Origin: an uncultured Holophagales bacterium | GTDB lineage: Bacteria > Acidobacteriota > Thermoanaerobaculia > Multivoradales > UBA5704 | Reading direction: 5' to 3' | DNA: 64,000 nt | Assembly (NCBI GenBank): GCA_963842525.1 | Contig: CAWJGT010000003.1 | Location: 1 to 64,000, forward strand | Shown: in pieces, positions 45,233 through 55,482 of the stretch | Position numbering within the stretch: the first letter of the stretch is position 1 | Layout: each line of letters starts with the position of its first letter | Program-made: the position numbers and the translations under genes | Notes under the pieces: generated by a model | What the model was told of the DNA's origin: nothing | What the model saw: only the letters and a program-made list of their open reading frames with translations | Database searches by the model: none

Positions 45233-47117
45233 GGTCGAATGCGGTGAGCTTCTTTTCCTGGGCGGCCGGCGCCGTGCCGGCCGGCCGCATCCAGGCCTCC
45301 AGGTGCCCCTTCTGCTCGGCCGTGGCCACGGGGTCCGGCTCCAGCTTCCATTTGAGGCGCGGCTCTTCGCCGAAGGTGATGGGGAGGTGGAGGATGCGCT
45401 CGCGGCGGGCGATGAGGAGGGTGGCTTTCTGCCCGGGGCGGTAGGCTTTGAGGCGGTCTTTCCAGACTTCGGGTGGGATGCGGTAGTCGTCGAGCGCCAG
45501 GATCTCGTCGCCGTAGTTGAGGCCGGCTGCGTAGCCGGGGGTGTCGCGGCGGAGCTGGGTGACCATCAGGCGTCCTCCCTGGACTTCGGTGTCGATCCCC
45601 AGCCAGCCGGCGGGTTCCTTGGGCTTGTCGCCGTTGTCCTTGTCCTTCTCGCTCTCGGTGAAGTGCAGGCCGAGCCAGGACAGGGCTTCGGAATAGTCGA
45701 GCTCGCCGGTCCCTTCGAGCACCTGATCGAACCAGGGGTCGAGGTCGATCCCCGCCACCTCCTCGGCGGCGGCGCGGAATTCGGCGCCCTCAAATCCATG
45801 CTCTCCTGAAAATCTTTGCCAGAGCCGGCGCATCACGTCGTCCAGGCTGGCCCGGCCGTTGGTGGCGCGACGGATCTTTACGTCGAGGAGGAAGCCGACG
45901 ATCGCGCCCTTGGTGTAGTAGCTGATCCCCGTGTTGAGGCTGTTCTCGTCCTTCCGGTAGTACTTGATCCAGGCGTCGAAGGATGAGTCCGCGAGCGACT
46001 GGACCTGCCGTCCCGGCGCGGTCTGCAGCTCTTCGATCTGCTTGCTGAGGTGCTTCAGGTATTCCTTGCGCGTCGAGAGGCCGGCGCGATGGACCAGCAG
46101 GTCACAGTAGTAGGAGGTCAGGCCCTCGGCGGTCCAGAGGTCGCGGGTGTAGACCTCCTGCTCGTAGTCGAAGGGCCCGAGGGCGACCGGGCGGAGGCGC
46201 TTGACGTTCCAGGCGTGGAAGAGCTCGTGGCTCACCAGCTCGAGCCAGTCCACGTACCCTTCGCGGGTGCGCGCTTTCCAGCGGCTGGTCATCAGGACGG
46301 TCGAGTCCTTGTGCTCGAGGCCGCCGCCGGCCTCGGTGATCATGTTGAAGAAGACGTAGCGCGGGTAGGGGGGACTGCCCCAGAGGGCGACCTGCTCGCG
46401 CACGATCCGCTCGGTGTCCGCGGCCGAGCGCGGGCCGTCCCAGATGGTGCCTTCGCCCTCGTTGACCAGCAGATGGGGGCGGCCGGCGACCTCGAAGCGG
46501 TAGAGCCGGGCGTTGCCGGCGTAGAGCGGCGAGTCGACCAGCGTGTCGAAGTCCTCCGCCCGGAAGCGGAGCGTGCCGCCGTCCTCGACCGGCTCGGCGA
46601 GGGGGCTCACCGCCACCTTCCAGGCGGCGGGCAGGACGACCTGGACGTCGTGAGGCCGGTTCTTGCCATCTGCCAGGGTCAGGAAGGTCGGCGCGCCGTT
46701 GACGATCGCGAAGTCCTGGTCCACGAAGTTGGTCCGCACCGTCATCTCGCGCGAGTAGACCCGATAGCGCACACGGACGCGGGGGAGGCCGCGGGTCTCC
46801 ACCTTCCAGCGGTTCTTGGTCGACTTGTCGAGGGACAGCGGCTCGCCGGCTTCGTTGGTGGCCGAGACCTCCTCCAGGTTCCGGGAGAACTCCCGGATCA
46901 TGTAGGAGCCCGGCGTCCAGGTGGCCATCATCAGCTCGACCTCGGGGCGTCCGTCGGTCGGGAGCAGCGCCTCGACGTCGATGTAGTGGGTCCAGGGCTC
47001 GGAGAAGCGCACGGTGTAGGAGATCGGTTCGGGCATCGCGGCTCCGTGGGCAGGGACAAGACCTGAGATCGCCAGGACGAGGAGGATCGGCATCAATAGG
47101 GCTCTGGCTCTGGACAT
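45195..47117 (-). CDS. M61 glycyl aminopeptidase with PDZ domain
   Basis: WTPGSY, GGGLEH, HELFHAWNVKR, EGLTSYY, SYYTKG, PDZ GL..GDEILA. Confidence 0.93.
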   Translation of the reverse strand: MSRARALLMPILLVLAISGLVPAHGAAMPEPISYTVRFSEPWTHYIDVEALLPTDGRPEVELMMATWTPGSYMIREFSRNLEEVSATNEAGEPLSLDKSTKNRWKVETRGLPRVRVRYRVYSREMTVRTNFVDQDFAIVNGAPTFLTLADGKNRPHDVQVVLPAAWKVAVSPLAEPVEDGGTLRFRAEDFDTLVDSPLYAGNARLYRFEVAGRPHLLVNEGEGTIWDGPRSAADTERIVREQVALWGSPPYPRYVFFNMITEAGGGLEHKDSTVLMTSRWKARTREGYVDWLELVSHELFHAWNVKRLRPVALGPFDYEQEVYTRDLWTAEGLTSYYCDLLVHRAGLSTRKEYLKHLSKQIEELQTAPGRQVQSLADSSFDAWIKYYRKDENSLNTGISYYTKGAIVGFLLDVKIRRATNGRASLDDVMRRLWQRFSGEHGFEGAEFRAAAEEVAGIDLDPWFDQVLEGTGELDYSEALSWLGLHFTESEKDKDNGDKPKEPAGWLGIDTEVQGGRLMVTQLRRDTPGYAAGLNYGDEILALDDYRIPPEVWKDRLKAYRPGQKATLLIARRERILHLPITFGEEPRLKWKLEPDPVATAEQKGHLEAWMRPAGTAPAAQEKKLTAFDLSSTSRPLPPCT

Positions 47118-47184
47118 GAGGGGACCAAAGTACAGGAGATCCCCTCGATCGCCAAATGGCCGGCAGGCCGTATACTCCGCCCCC

Positions 47185-48489
47185 ATGCGAGGCCCGCAGC
47201 ACGAAACAAATGCCCTCCTGGAGGAAGATGCGCCGGCCCTCTTCCGCGCGCTCTCGCCTCTCGGGCGGCGCGCCTACTTTCCGCCGGACGTGCCTGCCCA
47301 GAGCGCCGAAGCGCGGGGCAAGGAGATCAACGGCACCATCGGCCAGATCACCGACGGGCGGGGCGGTGCTGTCCCGCCGCCAGCTCTCGCCCAGGCCTTT
47401 TCAGGGCTCTCGGCCGCGGACCTCAGCCAGGCCCTGCTCTATTCGCCGATCGAAGGGCTGCCCGAGGTCCGGCACCGGTGGCGCGCATGGCAGCGGCGCG
47501 ATCTTCTGAGAGAGGTTCCCTCCAGCCTGCCATTGGTGACAGTCGGCTTGAGCCACGGACTGTCGATCCTGGCCGACCTCTTCGGCGGCGAGGGACGGGC
47601 AGTCGCCATTCCACGGCCTTTCTGGGGAAACTATCGCCAGGCCTTTGCCGTGCGCACCGGCGCGGAGGTGCGGACCGCGCCTGCCTATGTGGACGGCCGC
47701 TACAACTGCCACGCCACGGCCGAGGCTCTGGCGGACCTGCCGGACGGCGAGCCCGCGGTGACGATCCTCAACCTCCCCTCGAACCCCGGCGGGTACTCGC
47801 TGACGGTCGACGAACGGCGCGAGGTCTGCGCCTCCCTGGTCGCCATGGCAGAGCGGCGGCCCCTGGTGGTGATCTGCGACGACGCCTATGCCGGGCTGGT
47901 CTATGAGACCGAGATCCCGCGCGCCTCGCTCTTCTGGGACCTCGCGGGCGCGCATCCGAGCCTCGTCCCGGTCAAAGTCGATGGGGCGACCAAGGAGTTC
48001 TCCTTCTTCGGCGGCCGGGTGGGCTTCCTGACCTTCGCGGTGGATCCCGATTCAGGAGCCGCCCGGGCGCTGGAGAGCAAGGTCAAGATGCTCGTGCGCT
48101 CCAGCGTGGGCTCGCCGATCACGTCGAGCCAGGTCGTCCTCCTCCAGGCGCTGCGCAAGGAGGGGATCGAAGCGGAGGTGGAAGCGGTCCGAGCCCTCCT
48201 GGAGAGTCGGTACCGGGCCCTTCAGGGAGCCCTGGCGGAGACCGATCCCAAGCTCCTGACCGTGCTCCCCTTTAACTCGGGCTGCTTCGCTCTCGTCGAG
48301 CTGCCCGAGCGGCTCGGCCTGACCGCCGAGGCCGTGCGCCGCCACCTCCTGGACCATCACGACACCGGGCTGATCTCGATCGACGCGCGCTATCTGCGCA
48401 TCGCTCACTGCTCGGTGGATTCGTCCGCGCTTCCCGAGCTGGTTCGCAGGCTGGAGAGAGCGGTGATGGAGCTGTGCCGCCGGCCGTAG
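47185..48489 (+). CDS. Class I/II PLP-dependent aminotransferase
   Basis: NLPSNPGG, DDAY, DGATKE....GRVGF. Confidence 0.9.
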   Translation: MRGPQHETNALLEEDAPALFRALSPLGRRAYFPPDVPAQSAEARGKEINGTIGQITDGRGGAVPPPALAQAFSGLSAADLSQALLYSPIEGLPEVRHRWRAWQRRDLLREVPSSLPLVTVGLSHGLSILADLFGGEGRAVAIPRPFWGNYRQAFAVRTGAEVRTAPAYVDGRYNCHATAEALADLPDGEPAVTILNLPSNPGGYSLTVDERREVCASLVAMAERRPLVVICDDAYAGLVYETEIPRASLFWDLAGAHPSLVPVKVDGATKEFSFFGGRVGFLTFAVDPDSGAARALESKVKMLVRSSVGSPITSSQVVLLQALRKEGIEAEVEAVRALLESRYRALQGALAETDPKLLTVLPFNSGCFALVELPERLGLTAEAVRRHLLDHHDTGLISIDARYLRIAHCSVDSSALPELVRRLERAVMELCRRP

Positions 48490-49937
48490 GCGAAATAGAT
48501 CACCAGGCCGAGCGCCAGCCAGACCAGGAGCCGCAGCCAGTTCTCCGAAGGAAGGGAGAACATCAGGAGCAGGCAGGTGCCGATGCCCAGGATGGGCACC
48601 AGCGGCACCAGCGGCGCCCGGAAGGGGCGCTCGGCCTCCGGATGGGTGCGGCGCATGACGAGGACCGCCGCGCAGACGATGACGAAGGCGAGCAGCGTCC
48701 CCATGCTCACCAGCGAGAGAAGCACCTGGATCGGCAGCAGCCCGGCCAGCGTCGCCACGAACAGGCCGGTGGCGATCGTCGACTTCCAGGGCGTGCGGAA
48801 GCGGGGGTGGACGTCGCCGAAGAAGCTCGCGGGGAGCAGCCCGTCGCGCGCCATGGCCAGGAGCACGCGCGGCTGGCTGAGCATCATGACCAGGAGCACC
48901 GAGGTGATCCCGGCCACGGCGGCCACGGCCAGGAGCAGATGCGCCCAGCCGAGGCCAACCCGTTCGAAGGCCTCGGCCACCGGCGCCGCCACGTCGAGCT
49001 CAGTGTACGGGACCATGCCGGTGAGCACCGCCACCACGCCGAGGTAAAGGACGGTGCAGAGGACGAGCGAGGTAAGGATGCCGATCGGCACATCCCGTTG
49101 CGGTCTCTTGGCCTCCTCGGCGTGGGTGGAGACCGAATCGAAGCCCAGATAAGCGAAGAACGCGAGGGCCGCACCGGCCATCATGCCGAGCGGCCGGCCG
49201 CCGGGGTCGGCCTGTCCGAGGAGCGTATGGCCGAAGGCGCTCAGGCCCGTAAGGCCGTAGGGCGCGAAGGGATGCCAGTTGGCGGGGTTGACGTAGAAGG
49301 CGCCGACAACGATGACGAACAGCACGGCGACGACCTTGATCGCCACCATCACGGCGTTCAGCCCCGCGCTCTCGCGGATGCCGACGATCAGGATGACCGT
49401 CACGATCGCCACGATGAAGAGCGCCGGCAGGTTGATCACCGCTCCCGTGGGGACCAGCCGTCCGATCTCGGCGTCGTAGGCGATGGGAGGGCCGGCGAGC
49501 GCCGGAGGCATGGCCAGCCCGAAGGAGCGGAGCACGCTCTGGAAGTAGCCGGACCAGCCGCTCGCCACCGTGGCGGAACCGACCGCGTATTCGAGGACCA
49601 GGTCCCAGCCGATGATCCAGGCGAAGAGCTCGCCAAGGGTGGCATAGGCATAGGTGTAGGCCGAGCCGGCCACCGGCACCATCGAGGCGAACTCGGCATA
49701 GCAGAGCGCCGCGAAGACGCAGGCGAGCCCGGCCACCACATAGGACAGCATCAGGGCCGGGCCGGCGACCTCCTTGGCAATGGCACCGGTGGTCACGAAG
49801 ATGCCGGTGCCGATGATGGCGCCGACCCCCAGGCTGGTGAGCTGGACAGGGCCGAGCACACGGCGCAGGCGGCTCTCGCCCTTGAGCTCGGCCAGCAGCA
49901 CGTCGAGCGGCTTGCGGGTAAAGAGAGAATGAGGCAT
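48405..49937 (-). CDS. APC family amino acid permease
   Basis: GAIIGTGIF, YAEFASMVPVAGSAY, FAYLGFD; about 12 TM helices. Confidence 0.95.
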   Translation of the reverse strand: MPHSLFTRKPLDVLLAELKGESRLRRVLGPVQLTSLGVGAIIGTGIFVTTGAIAKEVAGPALMLSYVVAGLACVFAALCYAEFASMVPVAGSAYTYAYATLGELFAWIIGWDLVLEYAVGSATVASGWSGYFQSVLRSFGLAMPPALAGPPIAYDAEIGRLVPTGAVINLPALFIVAIVTVILIVGIRESAGLNAVMVAIKVVAVLFVIVVGAFYVNPANWHPFAPYGLTGLSAFGHTLLGQADPGGRPLGMMAGAALAFFAYLGFDSVSTHAEEAKRPQRDVPIGILTSLVLCTVLYLGVVAVLTGMVPYTELDVAAPVAEAFERVGLGWAHLLLAVAAVAGITSVLLVMMLSQPRVLLAMARDGLLPASFFGDVHPRFRTPWKSTIATGLFVATLAGLLPIQVLLSLVSMGTLLAFVIVCAAVLVMRRTHPEAERPFRAPLVPLVPILGIGTCLLLMFSLPSENWLRLLVWLALGLVIYFAYGRRHSSITALSSLRTSSGSADESTEQ

Positions 49938-50046
49938 GGTCGTCCTCCTCGTTCAGGTCTGAGAGGAGGGTAGGAGAGAGGACGGGAGGGGCTCTATGCC
50001 GGCACCTCCGGGGACCTCCGGAGATTATGGGGAGGTGGCGGGAGGT

Positions 50047-50253
50047 CCTCACCCCCTGTCCCCCTCTCCCATCGCCCCCCCTGCCCCCGGGAGAGGGGGG
50101 ACCTAGATGAGGCCGGTCCGCGAGACCCAATGCTGTTCGTTCAGTTGAGTTGTCTGAAGCCGTCTTCGGCCATAGATCGGCACGGACGCCTGATCTACGT
50201 CCCCCCTCTCCCGGTCGGTGGGGGGGCGATGGGAGAGGGGGACAGGGGGTGAG
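50047..50253. repeat. Inverted pair of CCTCACCCCCTGTCCCCCTCTCCC REP-like elements
   Basis: 50047-50101 and its reverse complement near 50200-50253; related sequences at about 30645, 57985-58115 and 61140-61230. Confidence 0.7.
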
Positions 50254-51274
50254 GCACCGCCCGCCCCACCCGCAGCTCATCGCGCAGCCGGTAGGCGTGC
50301 CGGGCGGTGACGATCGCTCCGGGATCGGCGAGCCGGCTGCGCAGCAGGTGGAGGTGCCGGGCGGCGAGGTTGGTCAGCTCGGCGCGCAGGGCTCCTTCCG
50401 GAGCAATGCGCTCGCCGATGTCGACCACCGGGATGCCTGAGCCCCCCGGGCCGTCCCCGAGCCGGTCGGCGATCAGCCGGCGCCAGGTCTCTCCCTCCTG
50501 GCTTTCCGCGCGCAGGCGCAGGCGGCGATCGCTTGCGACGGTCCGGCCTCCAAGCTCGACGCCCCCGTCTGCGGCAAGCCAGACGACGAGGTCCATCTCC
50601 ATTTCGACCTCCTGCCGGTCCTGCTCCGTCGACCCGACCGCGGCGGGAGCGAGGCGCCGGGCCCCCTCGACGGCTTCGAGCGACCAGGGGAATCTCCGTT
50701 CGAGGAAGGAGCGGAGCGTGGGGACCACGACCTGCGCGAGATCGCCCTTCTCGAGCACGTCGCGCGGATCGAAGCCGGCCTCGGCCAGGTCGCGGCCGAA
50801 GGTGGCCTCGTAGCCCCGCTTGTTGGAGAAGAACCGGCAGACCGGCGGGCGCGTGGGGAACATCCCGCGGACCGTGGCGGCCAGGTCGATCGACTCCCAC
50901 CAGCGCTCGGCGGACAGGAAGGAGAGGGTCGCGAGCTGGACGTCCTGGAGGAGGAGGCCGCCCGGCCGCAGCAGGCCCGCGAGGGTCCGGCAGAAGGCGC
51001 GGGAGGCCGAAAAGACCTGCGGATCGAGCGTGATTCGCCCTCCTGACGAAGGCTCCGGCAGTGTTGGAGGGATTGCCGCGGCCACCCGCAGCCCCGGATG
51101 GGCGGAGAGCCAGCGCTCGACCGTGGCCGTCGTGTCCGGGCCGGGCCGCTCCAGGCAGAGCACGCCCAGGTGGGGGAGCACCTCCGGCGCTCCCGCGGCC
51201 AGCGCGTGGAGCAGCTCGGTGATGTGGAAGAGGTGGTCCTCCACGACCACGATCGGGCGGCGGGAGAGAAGCAT
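50195..51274 (-). CDS. Hypothetical regulator (receiver-like N-terminus, possible winged-helix C-terminus)
   Basis: IVVVEDH N-terminus; LLRPGGLLL; C-terminal HLHLLRSRL...IVT.R..YRL resembles OmpR-type wHTH. Confidence 0.55.
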   Translation of the reverse strand: MLLSRRPIVVVEDHLFHITELLHALAAGAPEVLPHLGVLCLERPGPDTTATVERWLSAHPGLRVAAAIPPTLPEPSSGGRITLDPQVFSASRAFCRTLAGLLRPGGLLLQDVQLATLSFLSAERWWESIDLAATVRGMFPTRPPVCRFFSNKRGYEATFGRDLAEAGFDPRDVLEKGDLAQVVVPTLRSFLERRFPWSLEAVEGARRLAPAAVGSTEQDRQEVEMEMDLVVWLAADGGVELGGRTVASDRRLRLRAESQEGETWRRLIADRLGDGPGGSGIPVVDIGERIAPEGALRAELTNLAARHLHLLRSRLADPGAIVTARHAYRLRDELRVGRAVPHPLSPSPIAPPPTGRGGT

Positions 51275-51278
51275 GGCT

Positions 51279-54200
51279 TCAGGCGCCATAGTGGACGAAC
51301 GCACTCCAGAAAACGGGATGGGAGTAGACAGGATCAGCCTTTTCCCCGGAGACCCGCTCCAGGAAATCGCTCAAGGCTGCGATTCCGTCCTTGCTGATGC
51401 GGCCCTCGGCGAGCCACGCCCGTAGCTTCTCCTGAATCACCGGCAAGCTCGCGCTCCTCAACCACTGCTGGGCTTGTCGCAGGGCGGCACCGGGGCGCAG
51501 GCCCTCACCCAGGAAAAAATCGTAGAACCGGCCGATGCACAGCATGGTTGGAACGTCGTCGACCGGCCAGAGGCTGGCGATCACGCCGGCAGCCCCCGCC
51601 TGGAGGAAGCCGGCTGCCAGGCCTGTGAATTCGAGTGGGGCGTGGTGGGTGTCGTAGACGCCCGTGCTGCAGGCCGAGAGCACCGCCAGCCGCGGATTCC
51701 CCAAAGCCTTCGCCTGGAGGAGATCGGCCAACGTCAAGGTCTCGCTGGCTGAGAGCGCCAGGCGGGAGCGGGTCGGGTCGTCCTGATCAAATTCGCCGTG
51801 GGTGGCGAAGTGCCACAGGTCTTTACCGGCAAGAAGAGCGAGAGCTTGGGCCGGGGTGCGCACTTCCGCCAGAGTAAGAGGATCTTCCGCGGAGAACCAG
51901 CTTTGGACGAGAGTGGCCTCGGGCTTGGAGGCGATGAGGTTGCCTACACTGTCAGCCTCGATCACCGCGGCCTGGGCCGGTCTCGCTCCGGCCTCCACCG
52001 CTCGCTCGCGGGCTCGGGCCATAGCGGTCAAGCTGGGTGCGTAGCTCAGCTCGTAGCAATCGGCCAGCGCCTCCCCAGTCGCCGGGTCGCAGGCCAGCCC
52101 GAGGGGGAGAAGACCGAGGCCGCCGTGAGGCAGGAGGACGAGCCTGGCTCCTCGAGGGATCCCTGCGGCGTCGAGGTGCTCGACGAGGCGGCCGGCGAAG
52201 AGATGCCAGAGCTTCGCTCCGAGCTTCCCGCTGCATCTGTTCCCATGGCTCGGCGCCCATGTCCCAGAGCACGAGCAGATGTCGCGATCGAGAGCTTCTC
52301 CGGGCTGCCTCGTCGAGCCACCACTGGAGAGCCTCCTCCAGGAGCTTGCCTCCTTCTTCCTCTAGCTCCAGATCGACGATGCGGATTCCGGCCCGCCCGT
52401 TCTCCTCAAGACCGAGGAGGACCCAGCTTCCTGCCTCGGTGAGGATCGGTGCCACAATTACGATGCCGTCCCGCGTGCAGGCGGCCACCAGATCCTCGAT
52501 GTCCTTCGGCCCCATCTCTCCCGGTGGGCGGTAAGGGTCCACGATCTCCTTCATGCGGCGCCGTCGCTGCGCCAACCGTTCGAGGAGAGCCTGCCGGTCC
52601 TCGATCCGGCCTCCGGCGCTGAGCGCGTGCTCGAGCCCGCTCACCTCGTTCTTGGCCTCCTGCAGCTCGTGCCGCTCGGCCGCGGAGAGGCCGAGGGTCT
52701 CCAGGTGCAGAGCCTTGGCCAGCAGGCGTGCCCGGCTCGATTCCCAGAGAGCGAGAGCCCGCCTCGCATCGCCGAGCCGGAGCGAGGGCACCGGGATGTC
52801 CGCCGCCAGCCTCCCGAGGGATCTCAAGGTATCCAGGGCTTCCGCGTCGTGGACCTCGATACCGCCCACCAGAAGGTCGGCGGCACGCAGCACCGAAACG
52901 AAGGCAGCCTCGGCGGCCTGCCATTCCTGTCTCCGCAGGTGCACCATGCCCAGGGTCAGGGCCCCGGTCACGTGCTCTCGGGGAGCCCGCTCCAGGGTGA
53001 AGACCTCCAAGGCTTTCTCCATGCTGGCCCGGGATTCCTCGTCGATCGATTCCATGAAGGACGAGCCGATTTCGATCTGCTCCCCGAGTAGTCGAAGCTT
53101 CCCGTAGGCGACAGCGCGGTTCTTGTGCAGGCCGGCCCACTTCCAGGGGTCCGCCTCCCGGTGCGCCCGCGTCAAGGCGGCGTCGTAGGCAGCAATGGCT
53201 TTGTCGAGATTGCCCACAAATTGTTCCGGCGGCGGGAGGCTTTCAGGTAACCGGCTATAGGCGCTTCCCAGGCCCGCCTGCGTGAGAACCCAGGAGCGGG
53301 GATCGTCGAGGGGAGTAAGAATCTGAAGAGCATCTTCGAAGGCAGCAATCGCGAGCCGTAGGGTCTCGTCCGAATGACCCTCCGGCGACCTCAGCCAGGC
53401 ATGACCGAGGTTCTCCTGCAGGATTGCCCAGAGCTGACGGTCATCCTCACGCCGTAGACCCTCCGCGGCCTTCCTGAAGGCCTCCATGGCCGAGGCGAAA
53501 TTGGTTTTGGGCTCACCCCGGCGGCGAGCCATGTAGGCGTTCCCGAGGCTCATCCACACATGGCCCATACCGCTGGGGTCGCTGACGGCGCGGCCCAGGG
53601 ACACGGCCTCTTCGAGCAAGGCGATAGCTTTGTCAACGTTATCCGCCGGCGGGCCTGCGATGCGATCGAGAAAGGAAGCCGCGAGGTCGAGGCGGACCGA
53701 CCCGCGGAGACCCGGATCGTCCTGCCGATCAAAGACGGCGAGGGCTGCCTGGAGGTGCTCGATGGATGCCTCGAGGTTCTTCTCCGGATCATCCACGGAC
53801 CGCGCCGCGAATGCATTGCCGAGAGCCACCTTGGCGTGTGCCCATTCCACCGGCGTTGCCTCGGGATCGAGCACTGTCAGAGCTCGCTGCGCCGCGGCGA
53901 TCGCCTCCTCGACGTTGGTGGAGAGGCGGTAGCCGGGCCGCCTCACCAGAACACGGGCCAGCGCGACCTGCGCATCGGCCCAGTCACGAGGGTGGTCGGT
54001 CAGCACGCTGGCGGCATCCTGAAAGTCAGCGATGGCACCTTCGAGATTGGAGCGCAGAGGCCCGAGGACCCGCGACGCCATCATCCGGCCGCGATCGATT
54101 TTCGCCAGCCCGTGCCGGTGCGGATGCTCGTGGCGCGTGAACACCGTCAGCGCCTCGTTACAGGCGGCGATCGCCGCCTCGACGTCCTGCGCGCGCTGAC

Positions 54201-55431
54201 TTGTCCGGCTCTGCGCCATCAGGGTCAGCGCACGATGCATCTGGAGGTGGCCCCAGGGAAGGCCATCGGCGCGCGTCAGCAGCGCCGCGGCTGCGTCGAA
54301 CGCGGCCAGAGCCTGCTCGGCCTGGGCTCGATCGCCGGGTGGAGCCTCTTTGATCAGGGCACGACCCCGGGCATAGTGGCGTTCCGCTTCAGCAACGCGC
54401 CTGGAGGAAGGGCGGCGCGCGGTCGCCCGCACCGGACGCGCTGCCGGCGGCGAGCTTTTCTTCCTGACGAAAGCCACCGGTGCTCCCTGCCGCTTCTGAA
54501 GCCACCTGGCGAAGGGAGCGAGCAGATGTTCCGGCTTCAGCTCCGTTTTCTCCTGCAACCGCGCGAGCTCCGCCTCTTCCGGCGGGCCGAGGCTTTCCAA
54601 GACCTGCTTGCCCATGGTCTCGCGGTCGCCACGCGCAATGGCGTCAAGGGCTAACAGGCCATCCTTGTCGATGGGGAACAGGCGCTTCGCCCAGGCCATG
54701 TAGTAGGAAAATGCGTCGACGAAAAAGGAGAGGCTGGCGCCGTCGCCGGTCATCAGGCGCCGCTCGAAAGCAGGATGAATCCTGTCTTCGACGATGCGCC
54801 GCAGGACCTCGTCTTCTGGCGTGATGCCGGTCAGGCTGAGATGGAATCTGGCATTCTCGTAGAGGCTCCGCGGGACGTCTCGTACCACAGAAGAATCCTG
54901 ACCATCCCCGAACAGGATCTCGAAGTAGGCGAAGCCGGCCAGGAGCTGCTCACTCCGGATCCGGAGCCGCCGTTGCTGCTCCTCCTGGGGAGGGGAGTGC
55001 ACGCTGATCAGAAAGCCCCTCTCCTCACTGCGGGACTGCAGAGATCTGAGCTGTTCCTGCATGGCGCCCCGGAGCCGCCAAAGCCTGCGCCGCGGGATCG
55101 CCGTGAGGAGCCGCGCCAGGAAGCCGTGAGGATGAATGGAGAAACGCTGTGTCACCCAGGTCCCGTGGAAATCGGCGGCGAATTCCATCTCCAGCCGGGA
55201 AGTGACGAGCCCGTCGGTATTGTCGAGGACGAAGCGGCGCGGCCGGTCCTCTTCGCGGACGAAGCGCTGTTCCTTGAGCGTCCTCGCCTTCTGAACCACC
55301 TCCGGCGGCGCACCGTGCTCGCTCAGCTCTCGTGGATCCGGAAGCAGCGCCAGCGTGTGGAAACAGACGTCATACGCGAGCTCCGGCTCGACCCCGAAGA
55401 CCTCCCAGGCGGCGACGGTCCGGTGCTTCAT
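51279..55431 (-). CDS. TPR-repeat CHAT domain (caspase-like) protease, about 2 frameshifts near 52040-52200
   Basis: About 10 TPR-like repeats (N.E.AI..F..AL...WA); HFATHG and LSACS dyad; SLWPVDD; FWSAF. Confidence 0.88.
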
Positions 55432-55482
55432 GGGGTGGCGTCGGCCCGGTCCATGGGGGTACTCTACCTGGACGCAGCGTCG

